From: Candidatus Nomurabacteria bacterium
GTDB lineage: Bacteria; Patescibacteriota; Minisyncoccia; Phycocordibacterales; UBA9973
Reading direction: 5' to 3'
Assembly (NCBI GenBank): GCA_023267195.1
Contig: JAHFNT010000002.1
Span: 87,830 to 151,829 of the forward strand
DNA length: 64,000 nt
A program made the translations under genes and the position numbers. The notes beneath the pieces are model-generated. The model did no database searches. It saw only the letters and a program-made list of their open reading frames with translations, and was not told the origin of the DNA. Positions 10,059 to 20,215 of this stretch are shown here, piece after piece (positions within the stretch are counted from its first letter, which is position 1; each line of letters begins with the position of its first letter).

Positions 10059-10475
10059 TTATCGTTTAGACCATTGTGGTGCCTTGCGAGCTTTCTTTAA
10101 TCCAAATTTTCTTCGTTCTTTTGCTCTGGGATCACGTTTCAGAAAACCTAAAGTTTTTAAACCTCCACGCAAAGTAATGTCAGAATCAACGAGAGCCCGA
10201 GAAAGTCCATGGCGAATCGCTTCTGCTTGACTATGTACGCCACCTCCGACAACATGCACCTCCACATTCCATTTAACAGTAGAACCAGTTGGCAACCCTT
10301 TCGCTATTGGATCTAAAATAAGGCGTTGTAATTCATGGGTTTTGAAATATTCTTTGGCATCTTTGTCATTAACTACAAAATGAGACTTAGTGGATTCTGA
10401 AATTCGCACGCGAGCAGTTGAAGTCTTGCGTCGTCCCACAGCCTCAATATATTTTTTTGATGTTTCTTTGTCCAT
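10059..10475 (-). CDS. rpsI: 30S ribosomal protein S9
   Basis: GRRKTSTARV, ERRKFGLKKARKAPQWSKR. Confidence 0.99.
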   Translation of the reverse strand: MDKETSKKYIEAVGRRKTSTARVRISESTKSHFVVNDKDAKEYFKTHELQRLILDPIAKGLPTGSTVKWNVEVHVVGGGVHSQAEAIRHGLSRALVDSDITLRGGLKTLGFLKRDPRAKERRKFGLKKARKAPQWSKR

Positions 10476-10476
10476 G

Positions 10477-10842
10477 TTAGTCTTGTATTGTTAAATGTTT
10501 CATCATCACTCGACGTAATTTATTGTCTGGAAGCATTTGAAAAATTGCAAGCTTCACTAATTCTTTAAGCCCTTTCTTCTCTACTGTTTCCACGCCTTTC
10601 ATTGTACGAAGTCCACCCGGAATACCTGAATATCTTTGGTGCTGAATTTCCTCCAATTTCTTGGTTGTAATCTTGAGTTTTGACGCATTCACTACCTTAA
10701 CAGGAAAACCAGAATAAATATTTCTTTCAAAGGTCGCCTTGGTCTTACCCATCAAAGACATGGCGACTTCACTTGCCACTCTTCCTAAGGTTCGTCCTGC
10801 CGCATCGATTGTTTTCATTTCTTTTGTCATTTGTTTTTTCAT
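10477..10842 (-). CDS. rplM: 50S ribosomal protein L13
   Basis: IDAAGRTLGRVAS, SGIPGGL, MLPDNKL. Confidence 0.96.
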   Translation of the reverse strand: MKKQMTKEMKTIDAAGRTLGRVASEVAMSLMGKTKATFERNIYSGFPVKVVNASKLKITTKKLEEIQHQRYSGIPGGLRTMKGVETVEKKGLKELVKLAIFQMLPDNKLRRVMMKHLTIQD

Positions 10843-10861
10843 ACTAAGCTATTTGGCAAAA

Positions 10862-11215
10862 TTATACAAATTCTATAATTGCCATCGGTGCGCCGTCAGA
10901 CTTACGAGCTCCTAATTTTAAAACTCTGGTATAACCACCTTTTTTATCCTTATATTTTGGAGCCAAAACCTCAAAGAGCTTTTTGACCTCCTTACCACCA
11001 TTTGAAAGCTTCGACATTATTACTCGGCGAGTAGCCAAATCACCTTTCTTCGCGTTCGTAATAAGTTTCTCAACAAAAGGACGAAGCTCCTTAGCTTTTG
11101 GTAGAGTTGTTTTTATTTTTTCACGTACGATCAAATTAAGCGCTAAAGAATTGAGGAGCGCGCGCTTCTGTGTCTTGTCTCGTCCGAATTTTCTTACGTT
11201 ATTGTGGTGTCGCAT
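10862..11215 (-). CDS. rplQ: 50S ribosomal protein L17
   Basis: MRH...IKTTLPKAKELR, GGYTRV. Confidence 0.99.
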   Translation of the reverse strand: MRHHNNVRKFGRDKTQKRALLNSLALNLIVREKIKTTLPKAKELRPFVEKLITNAKKGDLATRRVIMSKLSNGGKEVKKLFEVLAPKYKDKKGGYTRVLKLGARKSDGAPMAIIEFV

Positions 11216-11216
11216 G

Positions 11217-12197
11217 TTATTCTTTTAAATTCAATCCGAATTTATTTAAAACTTTTTTAATTTCTGTAATCCCTTTTTCGCCGATTCCTTCCACCTCGAG
11301 CAAATCTTCCCTCTTCTTGCGAGCCAAACCGCCAAGCGTGCGTATGTTAGCGCCAGTCAAGGCGTTTAAGGTACGAGTAGAAAGATCTAAACTATCGGTG
11401 CGAGTCTTTAGAACATCCGCAAAATCTGCTCCCTTTTTTTCTTCCTTTTCTTCTTCATTCTCCTCTTCTTTGGAAGATTTTTTACCCACCTTCACCTCTT
11501 CCTCTGGTTCCTTAAAATCTACAATTGCCTTTAGTTGATTGATCATTATTTCGATAGAACGGGTAAGGGCTTCACGAGGAGAAAGCGTGCCATCTGTTTC
11601 AATCGAAATTCTTAAACGATTATGGTTTGTCTTATCGCCAACACGCATATTTTCCACTTCATAAGCCACTCGACGAATCGGTGTAAAAATGGCGTCTACC
11701 GCAATCGTACCCACATCAACTTTCTCTTTTTGAAAAATTTCCTTAGGAATAAAACCTAAGCCCTTTTCAATTTTCATTTCTATATTCAAATTTATTTTGC
11801 CAGTAACCTCGGCAATGTGAAGTTCTGGATTTAAAATTTCAACCTGCCCGCCGGTTTTTATATCTCCAACAGTAACCTCTTTTGGTCCTTTGATAGAAAG
11901 AGTCACCATTTGGGGTTCATCAGACAGCATTTTAAAACGGGCCTTCTTTAAATTGAGAATAACTACAATCACATCTTCTTTAAGTCCTTCAATTGTCTGA
12001 AATTCATGGGTTACTCCATCAATTTTGATAGAAGTAATACTTGCTCCCGGCAAAGAAGATAAAATTATTCTCCTTAAACTATTGCCCAAGGTGTGGCCAT
12101 ATCCTGGATACAAGCCATCTATCTCAAATACCCCCTTATTACCTTCTTCTACTACAATACGAGGCTTGGAAGGCATAATTATTTTATATTCAGGCAT
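11217..12197 (-). CDS. rpoA: RNA polymerase subunit alpha
   Basis: GYGHTLGNSLRRIILSSLPG, DAIFTPI, alpha-CTD LSTRTLNAL. Confidence 0.99.
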   Translation of the reverse strand: MPEYKIIMPSKPRIVVEEGNKGVFEIDGLYPGYGHTLGNSLRRIILSSLPGASITSIKIDGVTHEFQTIEGLKEDVIVVILNLKKARFKMLSDEPQMVTLSIKGPKEVTVGDIKTGGQVEILNPELHIAEVTGKINLNIEMKIEKGLGFIPKEIFQKEKVDVGTIAVDAIFTPIRRVAYEVENMRVGDKTNHNRLRISIETDGTLSPREALTRSIEIMINQLKAIVDFKEPEEEVKVGKKSSKEEENEEEKEEKKGADFADVLKTRTDSLDLSTRTLNALTGANIRTLGGLARKKREDLLEVEGIGEKGITEIKKVLNKFGLNLKE

Positions 12198-12226
12198 AAA
12201 GATTTAAAAAATTAGTAAATAATAAT

Positions 12227-12829
12227 TTAACGACTATAAAATTCCAAAACCGCATTAAGATCAAGAAAGGTTTCTATATTTTTGGGCTTATCTAAAATAC
12301 GCCCCTCCATAGCACCCACATCAAAAGACATCCAAGATGGGGCGCTATAATCCTTTAATCTGCCTCCTAAATTTTCAAAAATTTTCTTGGCTTTGCTTCC
12401 TTCGCGAATTTTCACCACATCTCCTGGCTTTAATTCATAGGATGGAATAGTAACTCTGTGATTGTTAACAATAAAGTGACCATGAGAGACCATTTGCCTA
12501 GTTGCTCGACGAGAAGCACCCAAGCCCATCCTATAAACAACATTATCTAGGCGAGACTCAAGATTCTCGTAGAGCTTTTCGGCTGTACCAGCCCCCTTGA
12601 TATGAGAAACTTTCTTCACATAATTTGAAAGTTGTCGCTCAGAAATTCCGTACGAAAAGCGTATTTTTTGTTTTTCAATTAACTGAGTCCCGTATTCAGT
12701 CAGAGCTTTGGGACGTTTGCCCCCCGGCAAAGATTTCGTTTGGGATGAAGCAAACTTTGAGGTCTGGCATTTATCGTAAACTCCAGGACCTAACCTTCTA
12801 CAAATTTTAAATTTTGGTTTACTTATCAT
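12227..12829 (-). CDS. rpsD: 30S ribosomal protein S4
   Basis: LESRLDNVVYRMG, RQMVSHGH, EFYSR. Confidence 0.99.
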   Translation of the reverse strand: MISKPKFKICRRLGPGVYDKCQTSKFASSQTKSLPGGKRPKALTEYGTQLIEKQKIRFSYGISERQLSNYVKKVSHIKGAGTAEKLYENLESRLDNVVYRMGLGASRRATRQMVSHGHFIVNNHRVTIPSYELKPGDVVKIREGSKAKKIFENLGGRLKDYSAPSWMSFDVGAMEGRILDKPKNIETFLDLNAVLEFYSR

Positions 12830-12853
12830 ATTTTTTAATCTTCATTTTATAAA

Positions 12854-13303
12854 TTATACTCGCCTAGGCTTTTTGGCTTTGGGTCCATTGTGTGGCACTG
12901 GTGTCGCATCCAATATTGAAGTAATTTCTATGCCATGAGCCATAAAAGCCCGAATGGCTGGTTCCCGTCCAGAACCTACTCCCAAAACAACCACATCGGC
13001 ATCTTTTACTCCAAGCGCTACAGCTTTACCCCCTATAACATCACCGACTTTTGAGGCAGCAAATGGGGTCCCCTTCTTAGCCCCCTTGAACCCGAGCGCT
13101 CCGGCACTCCCCCAAAACAAGGTGTTGCCCAATTTATCTGAAAAAAGAACTTTGGTATTATTAAAAGTCGCTTCCACATGCAAAACACCGGAGGTAATTT
13201 TCTTTTTCGGTGTTTTTGACGGAACTTTTTTTGCATCCTCTGCGTTCGCATTTTCTGTTCCCTCTACTATTTTCTCTTCAGTTGTAATTTTGGTTTTACC
13301 CAT
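12854..13303 (-). CDS. rpsK: 30S ribosomal protein S11
   Basis: ATFNNT, KGTPFAA, DATPVPHNG. Confidence 0.98.
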   Translation of the reverse strand: MGKTKITTEEKIVEGTENANAEDAKKVPSKTPKKKITSGVLHVEATFNNTKVLFSDKLGNTLFWGSAGALGFKGAKKGTPFAASKVGDVIGGKAVALGVKDADVVVLGVGSGREPAIRAFMAHGIEITSILDATPVPHNGPKAKKPRRV

Positions 13304-13338
13304 TAGTGATTCGTAATAATTAATTCTTAATTTATTTC

Positions 13339-13719
13339 TTATGTCTTACTTTCTTTTCTCTTACCAGATGCCATCGTCTTTCTCACATTACCTCTTACTG
13401 TCCTTGAATTGGTTTTAGTGCGTTGCCCCCTGACTGGTAATCTTTTCATGTGTCGAACACCTCGGTAACTTTTTATATCCTTCAATCTTTTGATATTGGC
13501 AGCTATCTCCCTTTTCAAATTTCCCTCAATTGGAATTTTCTCTACAAGTGAACGAATGCTATTCTCCTCATCTAAAGTCAAATCTTTCGCTTTTTTCCCG
13601 CGGTCAATGCCAACTTGATCTAAAATTTTGCGAGCTCGAGAAACTCCAATGCCATAAAGGCAAGTAAGCCCGATCTCAAGTCTCTTTTCATTTGGCACTG
13701 TGATTCCAAGAATTCTCAT
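13339..13719 (-). CDS. rpsM: 30S ribosomal protein S13
   Basis: YGIG, SYRGVRH, LPVRGQRTKTNSRT. Confidence 0.99.
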   Translation of the reverse strand: MRILGITVPNEKRLEIGLTCLYGIGVSRARKILDQVGIDRGKKAKDLTLDEENSIRSLVEKIPIEGNLKREIAANIKRLKDIKSYRGVRHMKRLPVRGQRTKTNSRTVRGNVRKTMASGKRKESKT

Positions 13720-13722
13720 AAA

Positions 13723-13833
13723 TTATTGTTTTTGTTTATGTTTAGGGTTGGAGCAAATTATTCTCAAATGCCTGGCTCGTCTGACCATTTTACAATTATC
13801 ACAAATTTTTTTTATTGATGCTTTTATTTTCAT
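13723..13833 (-). CDS. rpmJ: 50S ribosomal protein L36 (not in ORF track)
   Basis: Manual translation [36 protein letters not shown]; lies between infA and rpsM. Confidence 0.95.
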   Translation of the reverse strand: MKIKASIKKICDNCKMVRRARHLRIICSNPKHKQKQ

Positions 13834-13967
13834 AAAAAATTTAAAAAAGACACAAGAAAGACCACAGACATAAGAAAAACAAGGAAAAACCCTTATTTTT
13901 CATAACTATAACTTTTTAAAAACTGCAGTTAGTATGATACACTATTATTAAAAAAATTACAACCCCA

Positions 13968-14213
13968 CTATAACCTTTTGATTATCCGACCCTTCCCCCC
14001 ATAAGAATCAAGTACGACTTCGACCCCATCTCCGATTAGAACTTTGATTCTATGCATTCTCATTTTTCCACCCAAATATGCCAGAATTTCTTTTTGATTT
14101 TCTTTATTTTCCTCTTTGGGTTCACCTATCCTAACCCTAAATAAAGTGCTGGGTAATGCCTCAGTGACAACTCCCCTAACTGTCACAATTTTTTCATTTC
14201 TTCGATCGCTCAT
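13968..14213 (-). CDS. infA: Translation initiation factor IF-1
   Basis: GVVTEALP, LAYLGGKMR, GRIIKR. Confidence 0.95.
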   Translation of the reverse strand: MSDRRNEKIVTVRGVVTEALPSTLFRVRIGEPKEENKENQKEILAYLGGKMRMHRIKVLIGDGVEVVLDSYGGKGRIIKRL

Positions 14214-14268
14214 GTATAGACTTGAATTATAATAAAATTAAAAATTTATGTCAATCAATTAATCAGAA

Positions 14269-15570
14269 CTATCTCGGATTATTGATCGTAACTTTAATAT
14301 TTTCAATTTTATCTGGGATACGCTTTATCCAGGGAAAGCTGATCTTGAGCAACGCAGAATCTATATTAGGATACTGCGACAATATACTGCCAAAATCCTT
14401 TTTGGGTTTTCCAGACAAATCAGCTATAAATTTATTTATATCCAAACTCCAGACAATTTTTACAGAACCCGATAATGTAAAATTGATCTCTTTCAAATTC
14501 ACAAAAGAAATATTGTCCTTGTTGGCAAGCGTGAAAGCGATATTTCCAATATTTGGTATATAAACTTCACTACCGTCATATTTTTCTATATTGTTTTCAG
14601 CGATTTTCTTGGTAAGTTTTTGTTCGTTAAATAAAACACCATAAAGAGTGCCTTTCTCGGTCAAAATGGCTCGACCATCATCACTGATAGACGATAAAAT
14701 ATTGGAGTCGTCTATGCTTAAGAAAACTGCCCCCTTGAATAAAATAAAACCGCCGGGAATCTGGTCGGTTGCTTTTTTAAACAATTTTGCCTGAAGATTT
14801 GCTCTTAAGGTCTTTATGGCGGTCTCCTTATCAGTATCTCTAATGGCTGGAATTTTACCCTTGAATCCTCCGATTATTTCTCCCTTTGACCTGCCGTAAA
14901 ACTTAGAATATTTAGGTGTTCCCTTGAAACCCAAAATTTTAAAGTCAAGAGGGAGACTATTGTATTCTTCTCCTGCCTCGCTTCCATAAACCTTTACTTC
15001 AACCGACCCAGGGGTACCATCTTTTTTCATACCTGGTACAACTATTTTTGTCTGCGTTTTATAAATCTTTCCATTGGAACCTTCCAATCTTGTATCAACA
15101 CTAAGCGCTTGTGTAGATGAATTGAAAGCATTATAAATGACGACTACCCCTTTTGCATATTCTTTAGCATCTTTCTCCCCTGCCGCATTCACTACCAAGG
15201 TTTCTTCATCAGAAATACTCATTAAATCAAAAAATAAACCACTATTGTTTGAATCATTACTAGCAAATAAATTTTCATTCAAAACTATGTCTTTTGTCTT
15301 TAAATCCACAGAAATTTCTGCTTTAGAAAATAAAAAAGAAAAGGCAAACAGACAAAACACTACGGAGACAAATGCGAGGCACCAAAGCATATAACGAGAT
15401 CTGCTTTTCGCACGATCCATTACTGTATTTTCTGTTACTATATATTGCGAAGTTTTTTTGACTGTATTTTCTTTAAATTGAAACTGGTTCTCTCGTTTTT
15501 CAGTCACAACCTGGTTCCTAGATTTTTGTGTCGGATGCCTTACCATATCTTGTATTAAATGTTTAGGCAT
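14269..15570 (-). CDS. Single-pass membrane protein resembling the CPR baseplate-J-like family
   Basis: TM near residues 60-82, AKGVVVIYN, PGSVEVKVY...GEEYN, GGFKG; family assignment from recall. Confidence 0.55.
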   Translation of the reverse strand: MPKHLIQDMVRHPTQKSRNQVVTEKRENQFQFKENTVKKTSQYIVTENTVMDRAKSRSRYMLWCLAFVSVVFCLFAFSFLFSKAEISVDLKTKDIVLNENLFASNDSNNSGLFFDLMSISDEETLVVNAAGEKDAKEYAKGVVVIYNAFNSSTQALSVDTRLEGSNGKIYKTQTKIVVPGMKKDGTPGSVEVKVYGSEAGEEYNSLPLDFKILGFKGTPKYSKFYGRSKGEIIGGFKGKIPAIRDTDKETAIKTLRANLQAKLFKKATDQIPGGFILFKGAVFLSIDDSNILSSISDDGRAILTEKGTLYGVLFNEQKLTKKIAENNIEKYDGSEVYIPNIGNIAFTLANKDNISFVNLKEINFTLSGSVKIVWSLDINKFIADLSGKPKKDFGSILSQYPNIDSALLKISFPWIKRIPDKIENIKVTINNPR

Positions 15571-15574
15571 GGTT

Positions 15575-16756
15575 TTATCTCGTATTCAAAAAACGGTTAA
15601 TGTAAATTGAATCAACAACCAGAAAAGGTTCCCTGACTATATCTTTTTCAAATTCTGCAATTCCATGGAATACTTCCATATTTAAGAAAACCAAGTCAAA
15701 TTTTGATTCAGTGAGAGTATATTGGCTGAATTGTTCTGTTTTAATTGTTTCGGAAAAAAATTCAGATAAATCCTTGCCCATATCTATATAAATGGTCGCG
15801 GGAATGGATATGTCGTTTGAAAGATTGGCTAAAGATTCTTGAAAATTTTTCAGCCATTCCTTTTTCAACTCCCCAATAACCAAAGCAAGTTTTTTGCCTG
15901 TAGACTCTAGAGCATGCCCATCCTTAAAAAGAGAAATTAGGGAATTAGCCTCGCCTAAACTGCAATTAAGCTGCTCGGCAACGCCACGAGTAAAAAAATT
16001 ACAACCAATAGGAAAGGAAATCGATTCGCGTAAAGTATTTTTCTTAATCATCGAAATATCTGTTACTTCTCCGCCAATATAAACCAAAAGGAAATTTTCT
16101 TTCTGCGGAAAGATATCGCGCACTACACTGAAAGTAGCCATAGTAAAAGAAGAGAATTTTATATTTTCAAAATGAAAGCACTTCGCCACTGTATCTTCTA
16201 TTTTTTTCAGCATTTGCTCCCCGCTGATAGAAACAAAAATAGTCATTTCTAGTTCTTTAGCTTTTTGATTCAAAAGATCTACAGTTTCATACCCATTCAA
16301 GCTGGTCTTGATATTCTTAAGTTCAATAGCACGAACCTTATCACTGGTGTTGGTATATTTCAACAAATTTTCCTCCTCAAAGAGCTTTATTTCCTTTTGG
16401 ATCAGATCATCGGCTAGTGCTTTAGTAAATACGAAGGGTGTATTTTTTTTGAGAGTAATGATGCGCGTCTGGGAAACAAGCCAAGGCGAAGAGAGAGCGC
16501 AAAAAATCTTTTTCGGAGCGCCAATTTTAGCTTGATATATTTTTTCTACAACAACTTGGAGGGATTCTATCGCGAGAGAAAGTGTTTTGTTGATATCAAT
16601 TTTTTCCTCAATTCTTATCGGCTCTTGAGCGGAAAAAACTATTTTAGGCACCCCAGAACTTCTCGCATAAAAAAGCGCCCCTCCCACAAAGGAAGAACCT
16701 ATATTAAAGACCAAAATTAATTCATCTTGTTTTTGGGAGCCAGAAAAAACACTCAT
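15575..16756 (-). CDS. FtsA/PilM-like actin-fold protein (divergent)
   Basis: LVFNIGSSFV, LNGY, LVYIGGEVTDI, SFPIG; start moved to 16756. Confidence 0.6.
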   Translation of the reverse strand: MSVFSGSQKQDELILVFNIGSSFVGGALFYARSSGVPKIVFSAQEPIRIEEKIDINKTLSLAIESLQVVVEKIYQAKIGAPKKIFCALSSPWLVSQTRIITLKKNTPFVFTKALADDLIQKEIKLFEEENLLKYTNTSDKVRAIELKNIKTSLNGYETVDLLNQKAKELEMTIFVSISGEQMLKKIEDTVAKCFHFENIKFSSFTMATFSVVRDIFPQKENFLLVYIGGEVTDISMIKKNTLRESISFPIGCNFFTRGVAEQLNCSLGEANSLISLFKDGHALESTGKKLALVIGELKKEWLKNFQESLANLSNDISIPATIYIDMGKDLSEFFSETIKTEQFSQYTLTESKFDLVFLNMEVFHGIAEFEKDIVREPFLVVDSIYINRFLNTR

Positions 16757-16788
16757 AGGGTAAGTATAACAAAAAAATAACAAAGAAA

Positions 16789-18567
16789 CTACAAGAGTAC
16801 AGCTTTAATGCGTCTAATTCCCTGCGCAACTGCTTCTTCTTTTTGAATTTTGAAAGGACCACTATCCCTCGAACTATCTCGGGATGAAAAATCCAGCTCC
16901 GCTGTATTTTTCACATGCGGACCACCGCAAAATTCTTTTGAAACTGCCTTGCCATTTTCATCTTCTATGAAATACACGGAAACAGTATCGGCATATTTTG
17001 CCCCGAATTCCATTTCTGCTCCTATACTTTTTGCCTCATCAAGCGACATCTCCCGGCGAATGACATTAAGTCCTTTTTTAATTTTATCATTTACCCAATC
17101 TTCCACTTTTTTCTTTTCCTCCTCAGTTAACTTGTGATCACATAGAAAATCTATACGCAAACGCTCCTCAGTAATATTACTTCCTCTTTGTTTAATAGTT
17201 GGACTCACTACTGATTGCAAACCAGCCAGAAGCAAGTGATGGGCAGTGTGAAGTCTAATAGTTTTTTCATTGTGATTTGCAAGTCCACCTTTGAACATTC
17301 CAGCGGAAGCAGTATGAGAAAGTTTTTGATGCTCAGACATCTTTTTATGAAAATCTTCCAGATCAACCTCAATTCCCTTCTCCTTCGCCAGTTCTAAAGT
17401 TAATTCAATAGGGAAACCATACGTCGTCGCTAAAATAAAAGGATCAATCCCTTTTTCGAACTCTTTATTCCCCCGCTCTAAAGCCTTATGAAATTTTTCT
17501 TCTTCATCCCCCATTTCTTTTTTAATAAAATCACATTGTTGTTCTATATTTGGATAAATGTGTTTATATTTTTTTAATATTTCGTCCATAACCTGGAATA
17601 AACAATGATTCTGAGAACCCACACGATCACCATAATAAACAGCTCGACGAATAAGCCTGCGCAAGACATAACCTTGATCCTTATTTCCCGGTATAACACC
17701 ATCTGAAATTAAAAAAATAGCGCTCCTTATGTGGTCTGCAATAATTCTGGCTGATTTCTCATCATATTTTGCAGAATTCTTTTTAATTAATTCTATAACC
17801 GAATCAAAAACATCCGTTTCATAAATACTTTTTTTCCCCTGCACAACAGTGGTTACTCTTTCTAACCCAGCCCCAGTGTCTACATTTCTTTCTGGAAGTT
17901 CGCCAGCTACTTTTCCATTTTCCTGTTTATAAGCCATGAAAACATCATTCCATATCTCAACAACTTTTTGTTCATCTTCAGCTTTTTCAAAATCTTCTTG
18001 ATTCATATCACCCAATACTCCAGTCAAATCATAAAACATTTCGGTTGATGGACCCGCCGGTGAATTTAATCCGGCACTCCACCAATTAGACTTAGAACTT
18101 TTAAAATATATTCTGTGCTCAGGAATCCCGAGTGACTTCCATATCTCAACTGATTCTACGTCGCGAGGCACTACATCACTTCCACCGAAAACAGTAATAT
18201 AAAGACGAAATACATCTAAACCAAGACCCTCTTCTTTTGAAGTTAAAAAATCATAACTCCACTTTATTGCTTCTTCTTTAAAATAATCTCCGAGAGACCA
18301 ATTACCCATCATTTCAAAAAAAGTTAAATGCGTGGCGTCACCAACTTCATCTAGATCAATCGTGCGAACACATTTTTGAATATTTACAAGACGTTTACCA
18401 TCTGGATGTTTTTCTCCTAAAAGATATGGCATTAATGGCTGCATTCCTGCAATATTAAAAAGTACGGACGGATCATTTTGAGGCACCAAAGAAGCCGAAG
18501 GAATTATTTTGTGCCCCCGTTTTTCAAAAAATTTTAAAAATCGTGCTCGAATCTCATCTGACTGCAT
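16789..18567 (-). CDS. alaS: Alanine--tRNA ligase (short form without C-Ala domain)
   Basis: AGMQP, HLTFFEMMGNWS, DTGAGLER, ADHIR, HTAHHLL, EFCGGPH. Confidence 0.97.
   Translation of the reverse strand: MQSDEIRARFLKFFEKRGHKIIPSASLVPQNDPSVLFNIAGMQPLMPYLLGEKHPDGKRLVNIQKCVRTIDLDEVGDATHLTFFEMMGNWSLGDYFKEEAIKWSYDFLTSKEEGLGLDVFRLYITVFGGSDVVPRDVESVEIWKSLGIPEHRIYFKSSKSNWWSAGLNSPAGPSTEMFYDLTGVLGDMNQEDFEKAEDEQKVVEIWNDVFMAYKQENGKVAGELPERNVDTGAGLERVTTVVQGKKSIYETDVFDSVIELIKKNSAKYDEKSARIIADHIRSAIFLISDGVIPGNKDQGYVLRRLIRRAVYYGDRVGSQNHCLFQVMDEILKKYKHIYPNIEQQCDFIKKEMGDEEEKFHKALERGNKEFEKGIDPFILATTYGFPIELTLELAKEKGIEVDLEDFHKKMSEHQKLSHTASAGMFKGGLANHNEKTIRLHTAHHLLLAGLQSVVSPTIKQRGSNITEERLRIDFLCDHKLTEEEKKKVEDWVNDKIKKGLNVIRREMSLDEAKSIGAEMEFGAKYADTVSVYFIEDENGKAVSKEFCGGPHVKNTAELDFSSRDSSRDSGPFKIQKEEAVAQGIRRIKAVLL
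16864..16885. repeat. Family C-like palindrome in frame in alaS (SSRDSSRD)
   Basis: atccctcgaactatctcgggat in the loop after CGGPHVKNTAEL. Confidence 0.5.
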
Positions 18568-18573
18568 ATTGCT

Positions 18574-19047
18574 TTAATTTATATCAGGCTGATCTATTTC
18601 GTTAGAAATTTTTCTGATAGGCTTTTCAAATATATTTACTATTACAAAAACAAAGAGCACTAGAACTGTGGAAATAATTGCAAGCCCATAAAATCCAAAC
18701 CCCGCAGCCATACCTATGCCAGCCGTCACCCAAAGGCCTCCGGCGGTAGTCAGTCCAAGCACGCGTGACCCCTGGAGCATAATAGAACCTGCACCTAAAA
18801 ACCCTATTCCAATAATTACTTGTGAGGCAATTCTAGTGGGATCAAAACCTCCAATAGCGGAATACTTAATAGCGATTAATTCTGAAATCATAACAAACAA
18901 AGCCGACCCCAAAGACACTAAGGCGTGTGTTTTCATACCGGGTTCTTTGTGGACAAAGAGCCTCTCTGCCCCTATCAGCATTCCAAGCCCAAGGGATATT
19001 AATAATCTCATAACAATTTCACTATTTTGCGTAAAAAATTGTATCAT
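18574..19047 (-). CDS. MgtC/SapB family membrane protein
   Basis: IGAER...PGMKTHALV, DPTRIASQVIIGIGFLGAG, GLTTAG; start moved to 19047. Confidence 0.9.
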   Translation of the reverse strand: MIQFFTQNSEIVMRLLISLGLGMLIGAERLFVHKEPGMKTHALVSLGSALFVMISELIAIKYSAIGGFDPTRIASQVIIGIGFLGAGSIMLQGSRVLGLTTAGGLWVTAGIGMAAGFGFYGLAIISTVLVLFVFVIVNIFEKPIRKISNEIDQPDIN

Positions 19048-19054
19048 CCTTTTA

Positions 19055-20212
19055 TTATACAACAACTCCTCCTCCCAAACAAATATTATCGTCATACACA
19101 ACAATCGATTGACCTGAAGCCACTAATACTGGATTAGAAAAAATTATCACAGCTGTATTTTTTGAAAGCAGTTTCACTTTGCATGGAAAATATTCTCCAT
19201 GATATCTGATCTGTGCTGTATAACTTTTTTGTGAATCTGGGGTTTTCGAAATCCAATTAGTGTTTTGGATTTGTATTTCTGGCCTCCCTTGATAAGGGGA
19301 GGTCGGGAGGGGTTTTTTAGACACAACCCCCTTCGCCCCCTTGTCAGGGGGAAATTGCGACACTACCAAAATATTTTTCTTAGTATCTTTCGCCACTATG
19401 TAATATGCCCCATCACTTGGACTTTTTTTTGTAATCGTGAACCCATGCCGTTCACCTAAAGTATGAAACACGACTCCATCATGGTAGCCAATCTCTTCAC
19501 CTAATTCATTGAAAACTTTACCTTTTCTCTCTTCAATATAATGCTTTAAAAATTCTTTCAGGTCCACCGCACCCAAAAAGCAAATACCTTGGCTGTCTTT
19601 TTTGGTAGCAACTGGTATTTTGAATTTTTTTGCAAGTCTGCGAACCTCTGTTTTTTTTAGATTGCCAATCGGAAACAAAATTTTACTTAATTGCTCCTGC
19701 CCGAGCGTCCAAAGAAAATAACTTTGATCTTTGGATGGATCAATACTTTTCAGCAAAAAAAATTCTTCGGTGTTTTTTGAGTGGTCTGGTGACTTCACCC
19801 GAGGACCCGAGAAAAATACTGAAGAATTTTTTTTGCCTGCATAGTGCCCAGTTGCCACAAAATCTGCACCCATGGCAAGCGCTTTTTTTAGAAAGGCGCC
19901 GAACTTTACCTCTTTATTACACATCACATCTGGATTGGGTGTTCGTCCAACTTTATATTCACGAATCATGTAATCCGCCACTTCTTTTTTGTAAACATCT
20001 TCAAAATCAAAAGTAAGAAACGGAATATCCAAAAAAGCGGCTACCCGCATCGCATCGCGACGTTCTTCTTCTTCGTTGCACTCTAAAAAGTCTGGGTGCC
20101 AAGTTTTAATAAAAACTCCGACAACCTCATAACCATCTTTTTTTAGGAGGAGAGCAGACACGGCGCTATCTACTCCGCCAGAAAGCCCCACAAATACAAT
20201 ATTCTTTTTCAT
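19055..20212 (-). CDS. mnmA: tRNA 2-thiouridine(34) synthase MnmA, with two palindromic in-frame insertions
   Basis: SGGVDS, TPNPDVMCN, ATGHYA, KDQSYFL, DSQGICF, CLGGG; start moved to 20212. Confidence 0.97.
   Translation of the reverse strand: MKKNIVFVGLSGGVDSAVSALLLKKDGYEVVGVFIKTWHPDFLECNEEEERRDAMRVAAFLDIPFLTFDFEDVYKKEVADYMIREYKVGRTPNPDVMCNKEVKFGAFLKKALAMGADFVATGHYAGKKNSSVFFSGPRVKSPDHSKNTEEFFLLKSIDPSKDQSYFLWTLGQEQLSKILFPIGNLKKTEVRRLAKKFKIPVATKKDSQGICFLGAVDLKEFLKHYIEERKGKVFNELGEEIGYHDGVVFHTLGERHGFTITKKSPSDGAYYIVAKDTKKNILVVSQFPPDKGAKGVVSKKPLPTSPYQGRPEIQIQNTNWISKTPDSQKSYTAQIRYHGEYFPCKVKLLSKNTAVIIFSNPVLVASGQSIVVYDDNICLGGGVVV
19283..19351. repeat. Two family A elements in opposite orientation inside mnmA
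   Basis: cctcccttgataaggggaggtcgggaggggt ... acccccttcgcccccttgtcaggggg, encoding PPDKGAKGVVSKKPLPTSPYQGR. Confidence 0.8.
19753..19836. repeat. Family E element: 26-bp inverted arms around a 32-nt core, in frame in mnmA
   Basis: Arms 19753-19778 and 19811-19836 differ only by 3 G-T wobbles; core matches 20237-20268 at 24/32. Confidence 0.85.
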
Positions 20213-20215
20213 AAA

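Noticed and set aside
14269-15570. Baseplate-J-like resemblance suggesting a prophage
   Set aside because: No terminase, capsid, tail or integrase genes; embedded among housekeeping genes and membrane-anchored
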